Shown here in pieces: positions 19,671 to 29,101 of a DNA stretch of 64,000 nt. How positions within the stretch are numbered: position 1 is the first letter of the stretch; the number at the start of each line of letters is the position of its first letter. This DNA is from a bacterium. Lineage in GTDB: Bacteria > UBA8248. Under the pieces are notes generated by a model. It ran no database searches. It had not been told where the DNA came from and saw only the letters and a list, made by a program, of their open reading frames with translations. Where the stretch lies: contig CBDBEV010000001.1 in the NCBI GenBank assembly GCA_965204535.1, forward strand, positions 1,760,001-1,824,000, read 5' to 3'. A program made the position numbers and the translations under genes.

Positions 19671-20816
19671 TCAAATGCGAGGCTTGTAGCCCTTCGGCGG
19701 CCACCAGGCATCGAAATCCTTCGGTTCGGGAAGCCCGAGTTCCTTGGGTCCGCGCACCTTTTTGCCGATGTGCTTTTGCAGCTTGAGCAGCGTCGCTGCG
19801 CTCAGGCACTCGAGTTGCGCGGCCCGGCGATCGGCCGCTTCTCCCACGCGGACATCGATCTGGAAGTACTTGCGCGTCGCGATCTTCCCGAAGGCATCCG
19901 ACTTCGCGGCTGCGACCCAGACCGGCTTGATCTTGTTGAGCACGTCGGCGGGCGTCTCCCGCCTCAGGGCGATGCTGTACATTCCGCCCATCGGCAACAG
20001 GGCCTTGAGCGCGGGAATGAAGTTGGCGATGGTGTAAGCCTTCCCGTAGTTGGAAATGTCCAGATCATTCGGCCCCGTGTGCATGAGGTTTCTCAGTTTG
20101 CCAGCGCGCAGGAATTCGACGTGCTCGTGCACGCCGCCGCCTGCGATGTCCACCTCGCCCTGAAGGCCCGCGACGGTGGCGGGTTTTCCGCCCTTATACG
20201 GCACGAAGCGCAATTCGATGCCCGCTGCGTCCGCGACGGTGGCGCCCACCTCGTGCCAGATGCTGCCCACGCCCGAAGTCGAGATGGTGAGCTTGCCGGA
20301 TTTCTTCTTGGCCGCTGCGACCACGTCGTTGAAGGTCTTGAAGGGCGAGTCGGGCCGCACCGACCAGCTCGCGAGCGAAGCCGCCGCCGCGAAGTGCTGC
20401 CAGTCCACCCACGCCGCCGAATCCGTGTATCCCATCGGCCGGACGAACTTGTTGTAGTTCCCGGCGCCCAGCCAGGTGTAGCCGTCCGCCGCCTTGTTGA
20501 GCACGTAGCGGGTGGCCACGCCTCCCACGGAGCCGGGACGGTTGATGACGTTGACGGGCCAGCCGGTGGTGCGGGCCATCTCGCCGCAAAGCGTGCGGAT
20601 GACGGTGTCCGTGCCGCCGCCGGCGGCGTACATCACCACCCCCGTGATGGGGCGGGCGGGCCATTTCGCGGCGTCCGCCTTTCGGGTCGTGAGAACCATC
20701 GGCGCCGCGGCCGCGACGCCGGCGACCCCAAGGGTCTGGATGAAGCTCCTGCGCGAGAGATCGGATGATTCGGGAACGATGATTTCGGGATGCTCATGAA
20801 GCTCTTTCTTGGACAT
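19671..20816 (-). CDS. tctC: TctC-family substrate-binding protein with twin-arginine signal
   Basis: SRRSFI Tat motif, WPARPIT, GGGTD, ADGYT, VPYKGG; RBS GGAGGAG before ATG 20816. Confidence 0.88.
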   Translation of the reverse strand: MSKKELHEHPEIIVPESSDLSRRSFIQTLGVAGVAAAAPMVLTTRKADAAKWPARPITGVVMYAAGGGTDTVIRTLCGEMARTTGWPVNVINRPGSVGGVATRYVLNKAADGYTWLGAGNYNKFVRPMGYTDSAAWVDWQHFAAAASLASWSVRPDSPFKTFNDVVAAAKKKSGKLTISTSGVGSIWHEVGATVADAAGIELRFVPYKGGKPATVAGLQGEVDIAGGGVHEHVEFLRAGKLRNLMHTGPNDLDISNYGKAYTIANFIPALKALLPMGGMYSIALRRETPADVLNKIKPVWVAAAKSDAFGKIATRKYFQIDVRVGEAADRRAAQLECLSAATLLKLQKHIGKKVRGPKELGLPEPKDFDAWWPPKGYKPRI

Positions 20817-21157
20817 GATGCTCTCCTCCGGTTGAGATGAAACGACCACTCGGTATCAATCGGTGGCCGACTACGGCCCTTCTGGCGCAGAATCCACCCA
20901 GGATGTTTTCTTTTCCCCTATTTCATTTTTCGGCTGCGCGCGATCCTAGCACAACTGGCGCAATCCTCCAAATTCTGGGATTTCAGGCCCGCCTTTCGCG
21001 CGCGGCGAATCCGTGTAGAATCGCGTTATCAAGAGAACCGGACGGGGCCGTTCATCCAACCGCAACGCGCGCAACACCCAATCGTAATCCGGCTGTGATA
21101 AAATGGCTCGAATGTAAAACCAGATGAATCCCACTTCAGCAGAAGGAAGTATAAGAC

Positions 21158-22186
21158 ATGAAGCTAGGCGTATTGACGGGGGGCGGAGACTGCCCCGGCC
21201 TGAACGCGGTCATCCGCGCGGTGACGGCCTCGAATTTCCATCGCGGCAGCCATACGCTGGGAATCCGCCGGGGCTGGCGCGGCCTGGTGGACGGTGATTT
21301 CGTAGAGATCACGGGCCCGATGATCTCCGGCATCCTCGACAAGGGGGGCACCATTCTGGGCTCCTCGCGGACGAACCCCACGAAGGACCCCGCCGTGCTC
21401 GAGAAATTCAAGGAGAACTGGCGCGCATCGCGCATCGACGGCCTCATCGCCATCGGGGGGGACGACACGCTGAGCGTGGCCGCCTACCTGAGCAAAGAGG
21501 GCTACAACGTCATCAGCGTGCCCAAGACCATCGACAACGACATCGGCCTCACGGACTACTCCTTCGGCTTCCACACCGCCGTCGGCGTCATCACCGACGC
21601 CATCGACCGCCTGCGCACGACGGCGGAGGCGCACGACCGCGTCATCATTCTGGAAGTCATGGGACGCCACTCGGGCTGGCTCGCCACCTACGCGGGCATC
21701 GCCGGGGGGGCCGACCTCATCCTCGTACCTGAGCGGCCCTTCGACATCGAGGAAGTCGTCGGGGTGCTCAAGGCGCGATTCGCGCGCGGGCGCAACTTCG
21801 CCAACGTGGTCGTGGCCGAGGGTGCGAAGCCCGAGGGCATCGAGGACTACATCACGCGCAGCCAGACGGTGGACGAGTTCGGGCACGTGCAGCTCGGCGG
21901 CGTCGGCGAATACCTCGCGAAGGAGATCGGCGACCGGATGAACGTGGATACGCGCGCCGTCATCCTGGGGCACATCCAGCGCGGCGGCTCGCCCGTGCCC
22001 TACGATCGCGTGCTGGCGACGCGCCTGGGCGTGCGGGCGAGCGAACTCGCGCACGAGGGAACCTGGGGCGTCATGGCCGCGCTGCAGGGGCGCGACATCA
22101 ACCCGGTGCCGCTCGAGGACGTGCTCGGCAAGGTGAACACCCTGCGGGAGGACTTCTTCGATTCCGCGGAGTTGTTCTTCGGATAA
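21158..22186 (+). CDS. pfkA: 6-phosphofructokinase, PfkA family, PPi-type signature
   Basis: TGGGDCPGLNAVIR, GGTILGSSR, GGDDT, PKTIDND, EVMGRH, LGHIQRGG. Confidence 0.93.
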   Translation: MKLGVLTGGGDCPGLNAVIRAVTASNFHRGSHTLGIRRGWRGLVDGDFVEITGPMISGILDKGGTILGSSRTNPTKDPAVLEKFKENWRASRIDGLIAIGGDDTLSVAAYLSKEGYNVISVPKTIDNDIGLTDYSFGFHTAVGVITDAIDRLRTTAEAHDRVIILEVMGRHSGWLATYAGIAGGADLILVPERPFDIEEVVGVLKARFARGRNFANVVVAEGAKPEGIEDYITRSQTVDEFGHVQLGGVGEYLAKEIGDRMNVDTRAVILGHIQRGGSPVPYDRVLATRLGVRASELAHEGTWGVMAALQGRDINPVPLEDVLGKVNTLREDFFDSAELFFG

Positions 22187-22437
22187 CCTTCCTGAGTGTT
22201 CCCCGTGGAACGACCCGCGCATCTGCCCGCAACTCCCCGCATTTGCCGTCGCGGCTTTCGCCCCAAACCCCCTATACTCCGAATCATCCCGATCGCGGGA
22301 GTAAGTGCGCCCGCGCGGGGAGAGTATTCGGGAAAACAATTTTTAGAAATACCCCGTAAATTTATCGAATTTTATGGGATTTTCTCGAATTTTTCAGAAA
22401 TTCGTCGGCGAAGATGCGTCCGCACGCGGAAATCTCC

Positions 22438-22516
22438 CTCATCCCGAGTAGACGCGAAAGAGCCGCCTCCTCATCCTGAGTAGTCCTGAGCTTGTCGAAG
22501 GACGTATCGAAGGATG
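22438..22516. repeat. TCA(T/C)CCTGAG...GTATCGAAG palindromic repeat family (also 42502-42650, 57334-57395)
   Basis: Recurrent CTCAYCCTGAGTAG...GTATCGAAG motif; inverted pair at 42502/42620-42650. Confidence 0.6.
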
Positions 22517-22533
22517 CCCTCCGCCCGTCGATC

Positions 22534-22773
22534 TCAGACCCGGAACACCTTCATCACCTCATCGCCGAGGTGGTTGATGACCTTGACGGCGATGCGGCCG
22601 GACTCCGGTCGGTCGAAGGGGCGGGAGATATCGCTCTTGAGCGTCTCCCGGGCTTCCTCGTCGATCTCGGCCATCATGGCCTGGGATTCAGCGGTGGGAA
22701 CGTTACGCCGCTTGTTCTTGTGCCGATGAATGTCGACTTCTTTGGGTTTTTGGGGGGATTTTCGCCGCGCCAT
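22534..22773 (-). pseudogene. Internally deleted site-specific DNA methyltransferase remnant (N- and C-termini joined)
   Basis: N-terminus ..HRHKNKRRNVPTAE and C-terminus SRPFDRPESGRIAVKVINHLGDEVMKVFRV resemble the two ends of large type III Mod-like MTases; only 79 aa remain. Confidence 0.6.
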
Positions 22774-22857
22774 CTAGTTTGGGTCCTCTTCTGTCGCGTC
22801 CGGCAGGTTTCGTAGCCTCTGTGCCTGTCCGGCGCCTACGCCTCTCCCGGCATAAGA

Positions 22858-23229
22858 CTATGCCGGGTCCTCATTCGTCGCATCCAGCAGGTTCCGCAGT
22901 TCGGGCAGAAGTTCGGGAACATCTGTCTGAATGATGTCCCAAATGGTGTCGTCGTCGATGCCCAGATAGCCGTGAGCCAACCGGTTGCGTGCTCCGATAA
23001 TGCCGCGCCAGTCTATCTCCGGGTGCGCCTTGCACACCTCCTCCGGGACGCGGGTAGCCGCCTCGCCGATGAGTTCCAGATTGCGCAGCGTGGCGTCGTA
23101 GGTGCGGCCATCGGCGAGGAAAGCTGCCTGATCCATCCCGTCCGTGTAGGAGAGAACCTTTTCACAGAACCCGATCATGTCTTGAACGTAGAGGCGCCAA
23201 TCACGTTCTTCGGCGGGAGCTTCAGACAT
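22858..23229 (-). CDS. hepT: HEPN/DUF86 RNase toxin (HepT-like)
   Basis: RNLELIGEAA and RNRLAHGY (Rx4HxY). Confidence 0.88.
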   Translation of the reverse strand: MSEAPAEERDWRLYVQDMIGFCEKVLSYTDGMDQAAFLADGRTYDATLRNLELIGEAATRVPEEVCKAHPEIDWRGIIGARNRLAHGYLGIDDDTIWDIIQTDVPELLPELRNLLDATNEDPA

Positions 23230-23512
23230 GGACGATATCCCGTTCCACGTAGGGGCGCAGTTCCGCCCGCAGCGCCTTGTCGGTCACCATATCGACCGGA
23301 CGGCCCAACAGGTCCTCGATGTAGAACTGCGCGCCGAAGTATCCCTTCGACGTCGCCCGCCCCTCGAAGCGCACCAGGACATCGAGGTCACTGTCCTCCC
23401 CCGCCTCGTCTCGGGCGAAGGAGCCGAAAATGGCCAGTTCGGCAACGCCGAAGCGCTCCGCGAGGATTTCTTTGTGCGCCCGGAGAATCTTCAGGACTTC
23501 ATCGCGCTTCAT
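23222..23512 (-). CDS. mntA: Minimal nucleotidyltransferase antitoxin (MntA-like)
   Basis: FGSFARDEAGEDSDLDVLV (GSx10DxD), LLGRPVD; overlaps hepT start; probable start 23512. Confidence 0.88.
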   Translation of the reverse strand: MKRDEVLKILRAHKEILAERFGVAELAIFGSFARDEAGEDSDLDVLVRFEGRATSKGYFGAQFYIEDLLGRPVDMVTDKALRAELRPYVERDIVHV

Positions 23513-23619
23513 CGGGGCGCCCGTGGATTCGATAAAAAGAGTCCTGTAGTTTTTATGTTTTTGCTTCATGGTCAACCGGCCTTGAGCGAGCGAAGCGGTA
23601 GGGCTTCGGTCTCCAACGT

Positions 23620-23708
23620 GGACAGATCGAGACGGCGAACCGCTTCACGCCGTGCGCCCGGCAAAACGCGGCGAGCCGCTCTTTCGGTATGGAAACTTTC
23701 GGGTTCAT
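23620..23708 (-). pseudogene. N-terminal fragment of a second MNT nucleotidyltransferase
   Basis: MNPKVSIPKERLAAFCRAHGVKRFAV matches MNT N-termini but breaks off before FGS. Confidence 0.5.
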
Positions 23709-23815
23709 TCTCGTCCTCGTCGCAATACGTTCCCTTCTCGATGATAAGGCAACCGCATGGACGAGACAAACGAAGGGCGATCCCGAACGGCGGGCGTATG
23801 ACCGCCCCCCCCCCA

Positions 23816-24892
23816 TCACCCCTCCACCCGCGCTCCGGTCGCGCCGTCGAAGGGGTGGACGTTCTCCATGTCGAAGAACACCCGGATTTGCTCGCCCACC
23901 TGCGCGCGGAAATGGCCCTCTTCCTTCACGGTGAGGACGATTCCGTCGATATCGAGGGCGACGAAGGTGTCTGAGCCCAGGGGTTCGACAAGCTCCACCC
24001 GGCCCTCGGCGGAGACGGGGCGCGCGCCCGCGTCCTGAAAGCCCAGGTGCTCGGGGCGGAAGCCGAGAACATAGGCCTCTCCCTCCCGGCACGCCCGAGG
24101 CAGCGGGAAATGCAGGGCGCCCGCTTCGAGTTCGAGACCGCCCTCCGCCCGGTGCGCGCGGCCCTCGATGAAGTTCATGGCCGGGCTTCCCAGAAACCCC
24201 GCCACGAAGCGGTTGACGGGCCGGTCGTAGAGATCGATGGGCGGCCCCACCTGGAGGATTTTTCCCAGATCCATGACGACGATGCGGTCGCCCATCGTCA
24301 TCGCCTCGGTCTGGTCGTGGGTGACGTAGATAGAGGTCGTGCCCAGGCGGCGCTGGAGCTTTCGTATCTCGGCCCGGGCGGTGACGCGCAGCTTGGCGTC
24401 CAGGTTGCTTAACGGCTCGTCGAACAGGAAGGCGACCGGGTCGCGCACGATGGCCCGGCAGACCGCCACGCGCTGGCGCTGGCCGCCCGAGAGCTGGCGC
24501 GGCTTGCGGTGGAGCAGGTCTTCGAGCCCCATGAGGGCGGCGGCCTCCTTGACGCGGCGGTCGATGTCGCCCCCCGTAATCCGCCGCACGCGCAGGCCGA
24601 AGGCCATGTTCTCGTAGACCGTCATGTGGGGGTAGAGGGCGTAGTTCTGGAACACCATGGCCATGTTACGGTCCTTGGCGGGAATCTCGTTCACGCGCTC
24701 GCCCGAGACGCGGATCTCGCCGTCGGTGGGAAACTCGAGGCCGGCCACCATGCGCAGCGTCGTCGTCTTCCCGCAGCCCGACGGCCCCACGAGGACGAGG
24801 AACTCCCCCTCGGCGACTTCCAGGTCGATCCCGTCCACGGCGCGCACGCTGCCGAAGTGCTTGCTCAGGTTCTCGAGACTCACCGTGCCCAA
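23816..24892 (-). CDS. Carbohydrate ABC transporter ATP-binding protein (MalK/UgpC-like)
   Basis: GPSGCGKT, VFQNYALYPHM, LSGGQRQR, DEPLSNLDAKLR, TOBE domain. Confidence 0.93.
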   Translation of the reverse strand: MGTVSLENLSKHFGSVRAVDGIDLEVAEGEFLVLVGPSGCGKTTTLRMVAGLEFPTDGEIRVSGERVNEIPAKDRNMAMVFQNYALYPHMTVYENMAFGLRVRRITGGDIDRRVKEAAALMGLEDLLHRKPRQLSGGQRQRVAVCRAIVRDPVAFLFDEPLSNLDAKLRVTARAEIRKLQRRLGTTSIYVTHDQTEAMTMGDRIVVMDLGKILQVGPPIDLYDRPVNRFVAGFLGSPAMNFIEGRAHRAEGGLELEAGALHFPLPRACREGEAYVLGFRPEHLGFQDAGARPVSAEGRVELVEPLGSDTFVALDIDGIVLTVKEEGHFRAQVGEQIRVFFDMENVHPFDGATGARVEG

Positions 24893-24991
24893 ACCGACTC
24901 CTCCATCATCGCGCGCCGCGCCCCGGACGCGGCTGGTGAAAAACGCCTTGCGGGCCGGGCGGGATTACGACGATCTGCGGGTCGAGGGGGT

Positions 24992-25062
24992 GTAGGGGTC
25001 GCATATATGCGACCCGGCCTTTTTTCGCCGCCCGTCACGGGCCGCATATATGCGGCCCCTAC
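24992..25062. repeat. REP/REPIN-like doublet GTAGGGGTCGCATATATGCGACCC...GGGCCGCATATATGCGGCCCCTAC
   Basis: GTAG-headed palindromes in inverted pairs; copies at 27285-27332, 30645-30713, 60788-60856; variants at 36155-36262, 42335-42455, 46236-46345, 53202, 57424-57450. Confidence 0.8.
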
Positions 25063-25134
25063 AGATGAAAGCCCGATTGATGCGGGAGGACCCCCTCTTC
25101 CTCGTCGCTCGCGTCAAACCCTCTAGCATCGAGA

Positions 25135-25391
25135 CTGTTGAAAAAACTTTTGTCAAGAGAGTAACCCCCCCTACCCCCCCTTGTCAGGGGGGCAAGAAAA
25201 ATCAAACCCCCTCACCCCGGCGAGGACACATCACCTTTTTATATCCCTCTGACAAAAACAAAAGCCCCTCTACCGGCGGCGGGCGTCGCCTTTTTATACC
25301 CCCCTGACAAGGGGGGGTAGGGGGGGCAGGGCAGCCCCGAGGAGGGGCTGTCCTTTATCCCCTGAGGAGGGAGGCCTTTCCCACCAGCCCC
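25135..25391. mobile_element. MITE-like element with IS1182-type ends and CCCCCCTACCCCCCTTGTCAGGGGGG inverted core
   Basis: CTGTTGAAAAA left end, degenerate right end, inverted core repeated at 6+ loci. Confidence 0.6.
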
Positions 25392-25402
25392 CAACACACC
25401 CA

Positions 25403-26251
25403 TCATTTCACCGCTCCCGCCGTCAGGGCGCGGATGAGATAGCGCTGCATGAAAAAGCCCACCAGCAGGGCGGGCAGCATGATCAGCGTCGCCAGGGTGG
25501 ACATGTCCTGCCAGAAGACCTGCATCTCCCCCATCGTCTCCGCCAGCCGGACGGGGATGGTGCGCGCGTACACGTTCGTCAGCATGAACGCGAACATGAA
25601 CTCGTTCCAGGCCAGCAGGAAGACGAAGATGGAAGTCGCCGCGATGCCCGATGAGGCGAGGGGGAAGGTCACCCGCGCCAGGGTGCGCAGCGCGCCGCAG
25701 CCGTCCAAAGCCGCGGCCTCTTCGAGTTCTTTCGGAATGCCGTCGAAAAACGCCTTCATCAGCCAGGTGCCGAACGGGATGTTCAGGGCGGTGTAGATGA
25801 GGATCAGGATGAAGCGCGTGTCGAGTATCTGGAGGTAGCGGAACAGGAGATAGAGCGGCACCACCGCCGTGACGGGCGGCAGCAGCCGCGTCGCCAGCAT
25901 GAAGAAGAGCAGGTAGTTCGACGCCCGGAAGCGGTAGCGCGAGAACGCGTAGGCGGCCAGCGAGGAGACCAGGAGCGTCAGGAAGGTCGTCACCACCGCG
26001 ATGAAGGTGCTGTTCCAGATGAACCTGAGTGCGGATTCGTTCCCGAAGCCCAGGAACTTCCAGTACGAGGAGAAATCAGGACTCACGAAGACCTTGGGCG
26101 GGATGGAGAAGATGGCGGTCTCGTTCTTCACCGAGGTGAGCATGATCCAGACGATCGGGAACAGGCTGAACGCGAGCAGGACCATCATCGCCCCGCGCGC
26201 CGCCGGGAAGGAGGGAATCCCCGGCCCGATCTGCTCTTCGCCCCGCGCCAT
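25403..26251 (-). CDS. Carbohydrate ABC transporter permease (MalG-like)
   Basis: IPKELEEAAALDG, AWNEF. Confidence 0.92.
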   Translation of the reverse strand: MARGEEQIGPGIPSFPAARGAMMVLLAFSLFPIVWIMLTSVKNETAIFSIPPKVFVSPDFSSYWKFLGFGNESALRFIWNSTFIAVVTTFLTLLVSSLAAYAFSRYRFRASNYLLFFMLATRLLPPVTAVVPLYLLFRYLQILDTRFILILIYTALNIPFGTWLMKAFFDGIPKELEEAAALDGCGALRTLARVTFPLASSGIAATSIFVFLLAWNEFMFAFMLTNVYARTIPVRLAETMGEMQVFWQDMSTLATLIMLPALLVGFFMQRYLIRALTAGAVK

Positions 26252-26254
26252 GGC

Positions 26255-27277
26255 CTAGCCGTCCCTGTCCTGGATGAGCCGCAGGTAGGCGAACGCGATA
26301 CCCGCGCCCAGCACGAGGAGGATGACCGAGGTGGCCGCCGCGTTGCCCACATCGAAATAGCGGAAATAAATGCGCTGGATGAACAGGCCGTACGGCATGG
26401 TGGACGTGCCCGGGCCTCCTTCTGTGAGTATGTAGGGGATGTCGAACACCCGCAGCTTGAAGATGGTCTGAAAGAGCAGCGCCACCACCAGCGGGGGCAG
26501 GATGAGCGGAAAGGTGATCCGCCTAAACACCTGCACCCGGTTCGCGCCGTCCACGTGGGCGGCCTCGAACACCTCGTTGGGGAGCGCCGTGATGCCCGCC
26601 AGGAGGATCATGGTGACGAAGGGCGTCGAGCGCCAGACCTCGCAGATCACGATGGCCCAGAAGGCGGGGCCGGTCTCGGCGAGCCAGTTCACCTTGGCGA
26701 CGCCCACGAGGGTGATGAGGAGGTTCACGATGCCGATGTCGCGGTCCCACATGAGCCGCCAGCCGAGGCCCACCGCGATGGGGGCGACCATGTAGGGGGT
26801 GAGGAGAAAGGACGTCATGAGCCTGCGCCCGCGCACGAGGCCGTAGAGCAGCAGCGCGCTCGCCACCCCGATGATGAACTCCAGCGCGATGGTGGCCACG
26901 GTGAAGCCCAGGCTGAAGCGGGTCACCTCCCAGAAGTCGGGGTCGACCCAGAGCAGGTGGACGTAGTTCGCGAAGCCGACGAAGGTGGAGAGATGCGGCG
27001 TCGTGAGCCGCCATTTCCACAGCGAGAGATAGATGTTGTAGATGGAGGGATAGACCAGTATCGCGCCCAGGATGATGAAGGCGGGCGCCATGAGCAGGTA
27101 GGGCGCCATCGCCTGCTTGCGCGCGGGGGTGAGCCAGCCGCGGCCGCCCCGCCGCGCCGTATCCTGAACGGCTCCGGTATTCACGTTCCTCTCCGTGCTT
27201 GCGTCCGCGCCGGACGCGCCCCCAATCCGCCTCTCCTCCGGGGTACGCCTTCGCGTCTGGGGCGGCATCATCGCCAC
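26255..27277 (-). CDS. Carbohydrate ABC transporter permease (MalF-like)
   Basis: FVGFANY, EAAHVDGA, LTEGGPG; true start may be downstream. Confidence 0.9.
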   Translation of the reverse strand: MAMMPPQTRRRTPEERRIGGASGADASTERNVNTGAVQDTARRGGRGWLTPARKQAMAPYLLMAPAFIILGAILVYPSIYNIYLSLWKWRLTTPHLSTFVGFANYVHLLWVDPDFWEVTRFSLGFTVATIALEFIIGVASALLLYGLVRGRRLMTSFLLTPYMVAPIAVGLGWRLMWDRDIGIVNLLITLVGVAKVNWLAETGPAFWAIVICEVWRSTPFVTMILLAGITALPNEVFEAAHVDGANRVQVFRRITFPLILPPLVVALLFQTIFKLRVFDIPYILTEGGPGTSTMPYGLFIQRIYFRYFDVGNAAATSVILLVLGAGIAFAYLRLIQDRDG

Positions 27278-27359
27278 CCCAATTGTAGGGGTCGCATACC
27301 GAGGGGGAGGGCCGCATATATGCGGCCCCTACAACCCCTCTTGCAGGAAACAAAGGCAC

Positions 27360-27755
27360 CCCCCCTACCCCCCTTGACAGGGCCTGTTGAAAAAGTCCCC
27401 TGAGGGAGCGCGCTGCTTTTCACTCCCCCCTTGAGGGGGAGTCGGCAAGACGAGGGCGAAGCCCGAAGTCGCGCCGGTGGGGGGACATGCCACAGAGTAA
27501 ACCTCCCCCCACCGATTCAGCCTTCGCACAAAACGCTCGGCTTCATCGTCTGGCTTTCCCCTCGGGAAGCCAGACCCTCAAGGGGGGAGTTGAAGTCTCC
27601 TCCTTCCCCGGTCATCTCCATACGCCGAATCACGAAATCAGGTCTTTTTCAACAACCCCCTGTCAGGGGGGCTTTCTTTTTTTACCCCCCTGACAAGGGG
27701 GGGTAGGGGGGGTTGGTTTTATCCCCTGAGGAGGGGACTATTCCAACACCCCCCG
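27360..27755. mobile_element. Nested repeat: IS-end-bounded insert (about 27380-27660) inside the G/C hairpin repeat
   Basis: GGGCCTGTTGAAAAAG...CTTTTTCAACAACCCC interrupts CCCCCTTG(A/T)CAGGGGG; encloses an ACTCCCCCCTTGAGG...CCTCAAGGGGGGAGT module (27422-27590). Confidence 0.65.
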
Positions 27756-27780
27756 GTGCGCCTTTGTTTTCGTACCGCTG

Positions 27781-29049
27781 CTACAGAACCGCGTTGATCT
27801 GCTTGCAGGCGTCCCCCATGGCCTGCTTCGCGCTCTTCTTCTTCTGCAGGTAGTTGATGACCTCCTTCGAGGTGACGTCGCTTATCTCGGACGCGCGCGG
27901 ATGCTGCGCCGCGCCGCTGCCCCGGCTGATGGCGGTCAACCACGCCTTCGCCACCGGGAATTTCTTGAGATATTCCGCGTTGTTGTAGACCGAACTGCGC
28001 ACGGGGCCGTTCGCCCAGTTGAGGGCGCCCCGGAGCTGGTTCTTCTTGTTACTGAGCGCCATCATGAGCTCCCACGCCGCCGCCTTGTTCTTGCTCTTCT
28101 TGTCCATGACGAGGTGCCAGCCGCCGTTCAGCGTGGCGCCGCGGTTCTTGCCGTCCAGCGTGGGGACGAGGAACCAGCCCAGCTTGTCGGCCGTCTTGGA
28201 CTTCTTGGGGTTGGTCATCAGGCCCCAGTAGGGGGAGAAGTACACCCCCATCGCGGCGCGGCCCTGCATCATGGCGTTGCGGTATTCGTCGCGGCCCCAG
28301 GCCAGCATGTCGGGCGGCGACCAGCCGCTGCGGAAGGGCTTGCCGAACACCTCGAGCAGCTTGATCGAATCGGCGCGATCCAGCAGGCAGGTCTTGTTGT
28401 CGGCGGAGAGCACGCCGTGGCCCGAACTGTGGAGATAGCGCAGGAAGTCCTGCTCCACGTGGACGCCCGGTTTTCCGCGCTGCACGACGCCGTAAACCTT
28501 GCCGGGCTGGTTCAGCTTCTCGGCCGCGGCGAGGAACTCGTCCCAGGTCTTGGGAATCGCGACCTTGGCCGCTGCGAAGAGGTCCTTGCGGTAGTAGACG
28601 ATGCCCGTCCCCGTCCGGTAGGGAACGCCGTAGGCGGGCCCTTTCGGCTTGGGGAAGCGGGTCGTGCCCGAGAGGGCGGGGATGAGGTCCCCGTAGTCGT
28701 AACCCTTCGGCGCGCTCTTGATGTAGTTGTCCAGGGGTTCTAAGAAACCGATGGTCTCGGGGTTGACCCACGCGTCCACCCAGGACACCACGTCGAACTG
28801 CCCGCCCCCGGCCGCGAAGGAGAGCACCGCCTTGTCCTTGATCTTCCCGTAGGGGGTGGTCACCACGGTGACCTTGATGCCCTTTTCCTTCTCCAGGTCT
28901 GCCACCACGCCCTTGGGACCTCCCGCCGCCTTGAACAGGGTCGGGTGGATGAGGAGGGTGACATTCTTGGCCGCCGCTGCGGGCAGCGCGAGCCCCGCCA
29001 CAAAGGCGGCCACGGCGATAATGCACAGCCAGTGTCTGGAACGTTTCAT
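27781..29049 (-). CDS. Carbohydrate ABC transporter extracellular solute-binding protein
   Basis: Signal peptide, YYRKDLF, PKTWDE; RBS AAAGGAGGAG before ATG 29049. Confidence 0.9.
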   Translation of the reverse strand: MKRSRHWLCIIAVAAFVAGLALPAAAAKNVTLLIHPTLFKAAGGPKGVVADLEKEKGIKVTVVTTPYGKIKDKAVLSFAAGGGQFDVVSWVDAWVNPETIGFLEPLDNYIKSAPKGYDYGDLIPALSGTTRFPKPKGPAYGVPYRTGTGIVYYRKDLFAAAKVAIPKTWDEFLAAAEKLNQPGKVYGVVQRGKPGVHVEQDFLRYLHSSGHGVLSADNKTCLLDRADSIKLLEVFGKPFRSGWSPPDMLAWGRDEYRNAMMQGRAAMGVYFSPYWGLMTNPKKSKTADKLGWFLVPTLDGKNRGATLNGGWHLVMDKKSKNKAAAWELMMALSNKKNQLRGALNWANGPVRSSVYNNAEYLKKFPVAKAWLTAISRGSGAAQHPRASEISDVTSKEVINYLQKKKSAKQAMGDACKQINAVL

Positions 29050-29101
29050 CGTTTCTCCTCCTTTTTCTGAGTGATCGGAAGATGCGAATTCCAAGAAGCG
29101 G

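Noticed and set aside
25050-25307. Short ORFs containing TPPTPPCQGG or PPYPPLSGG (also near 33442, 35817, 46370, 53132)
   Set aside because: Translations of the non-coding G/C hairpin repeat
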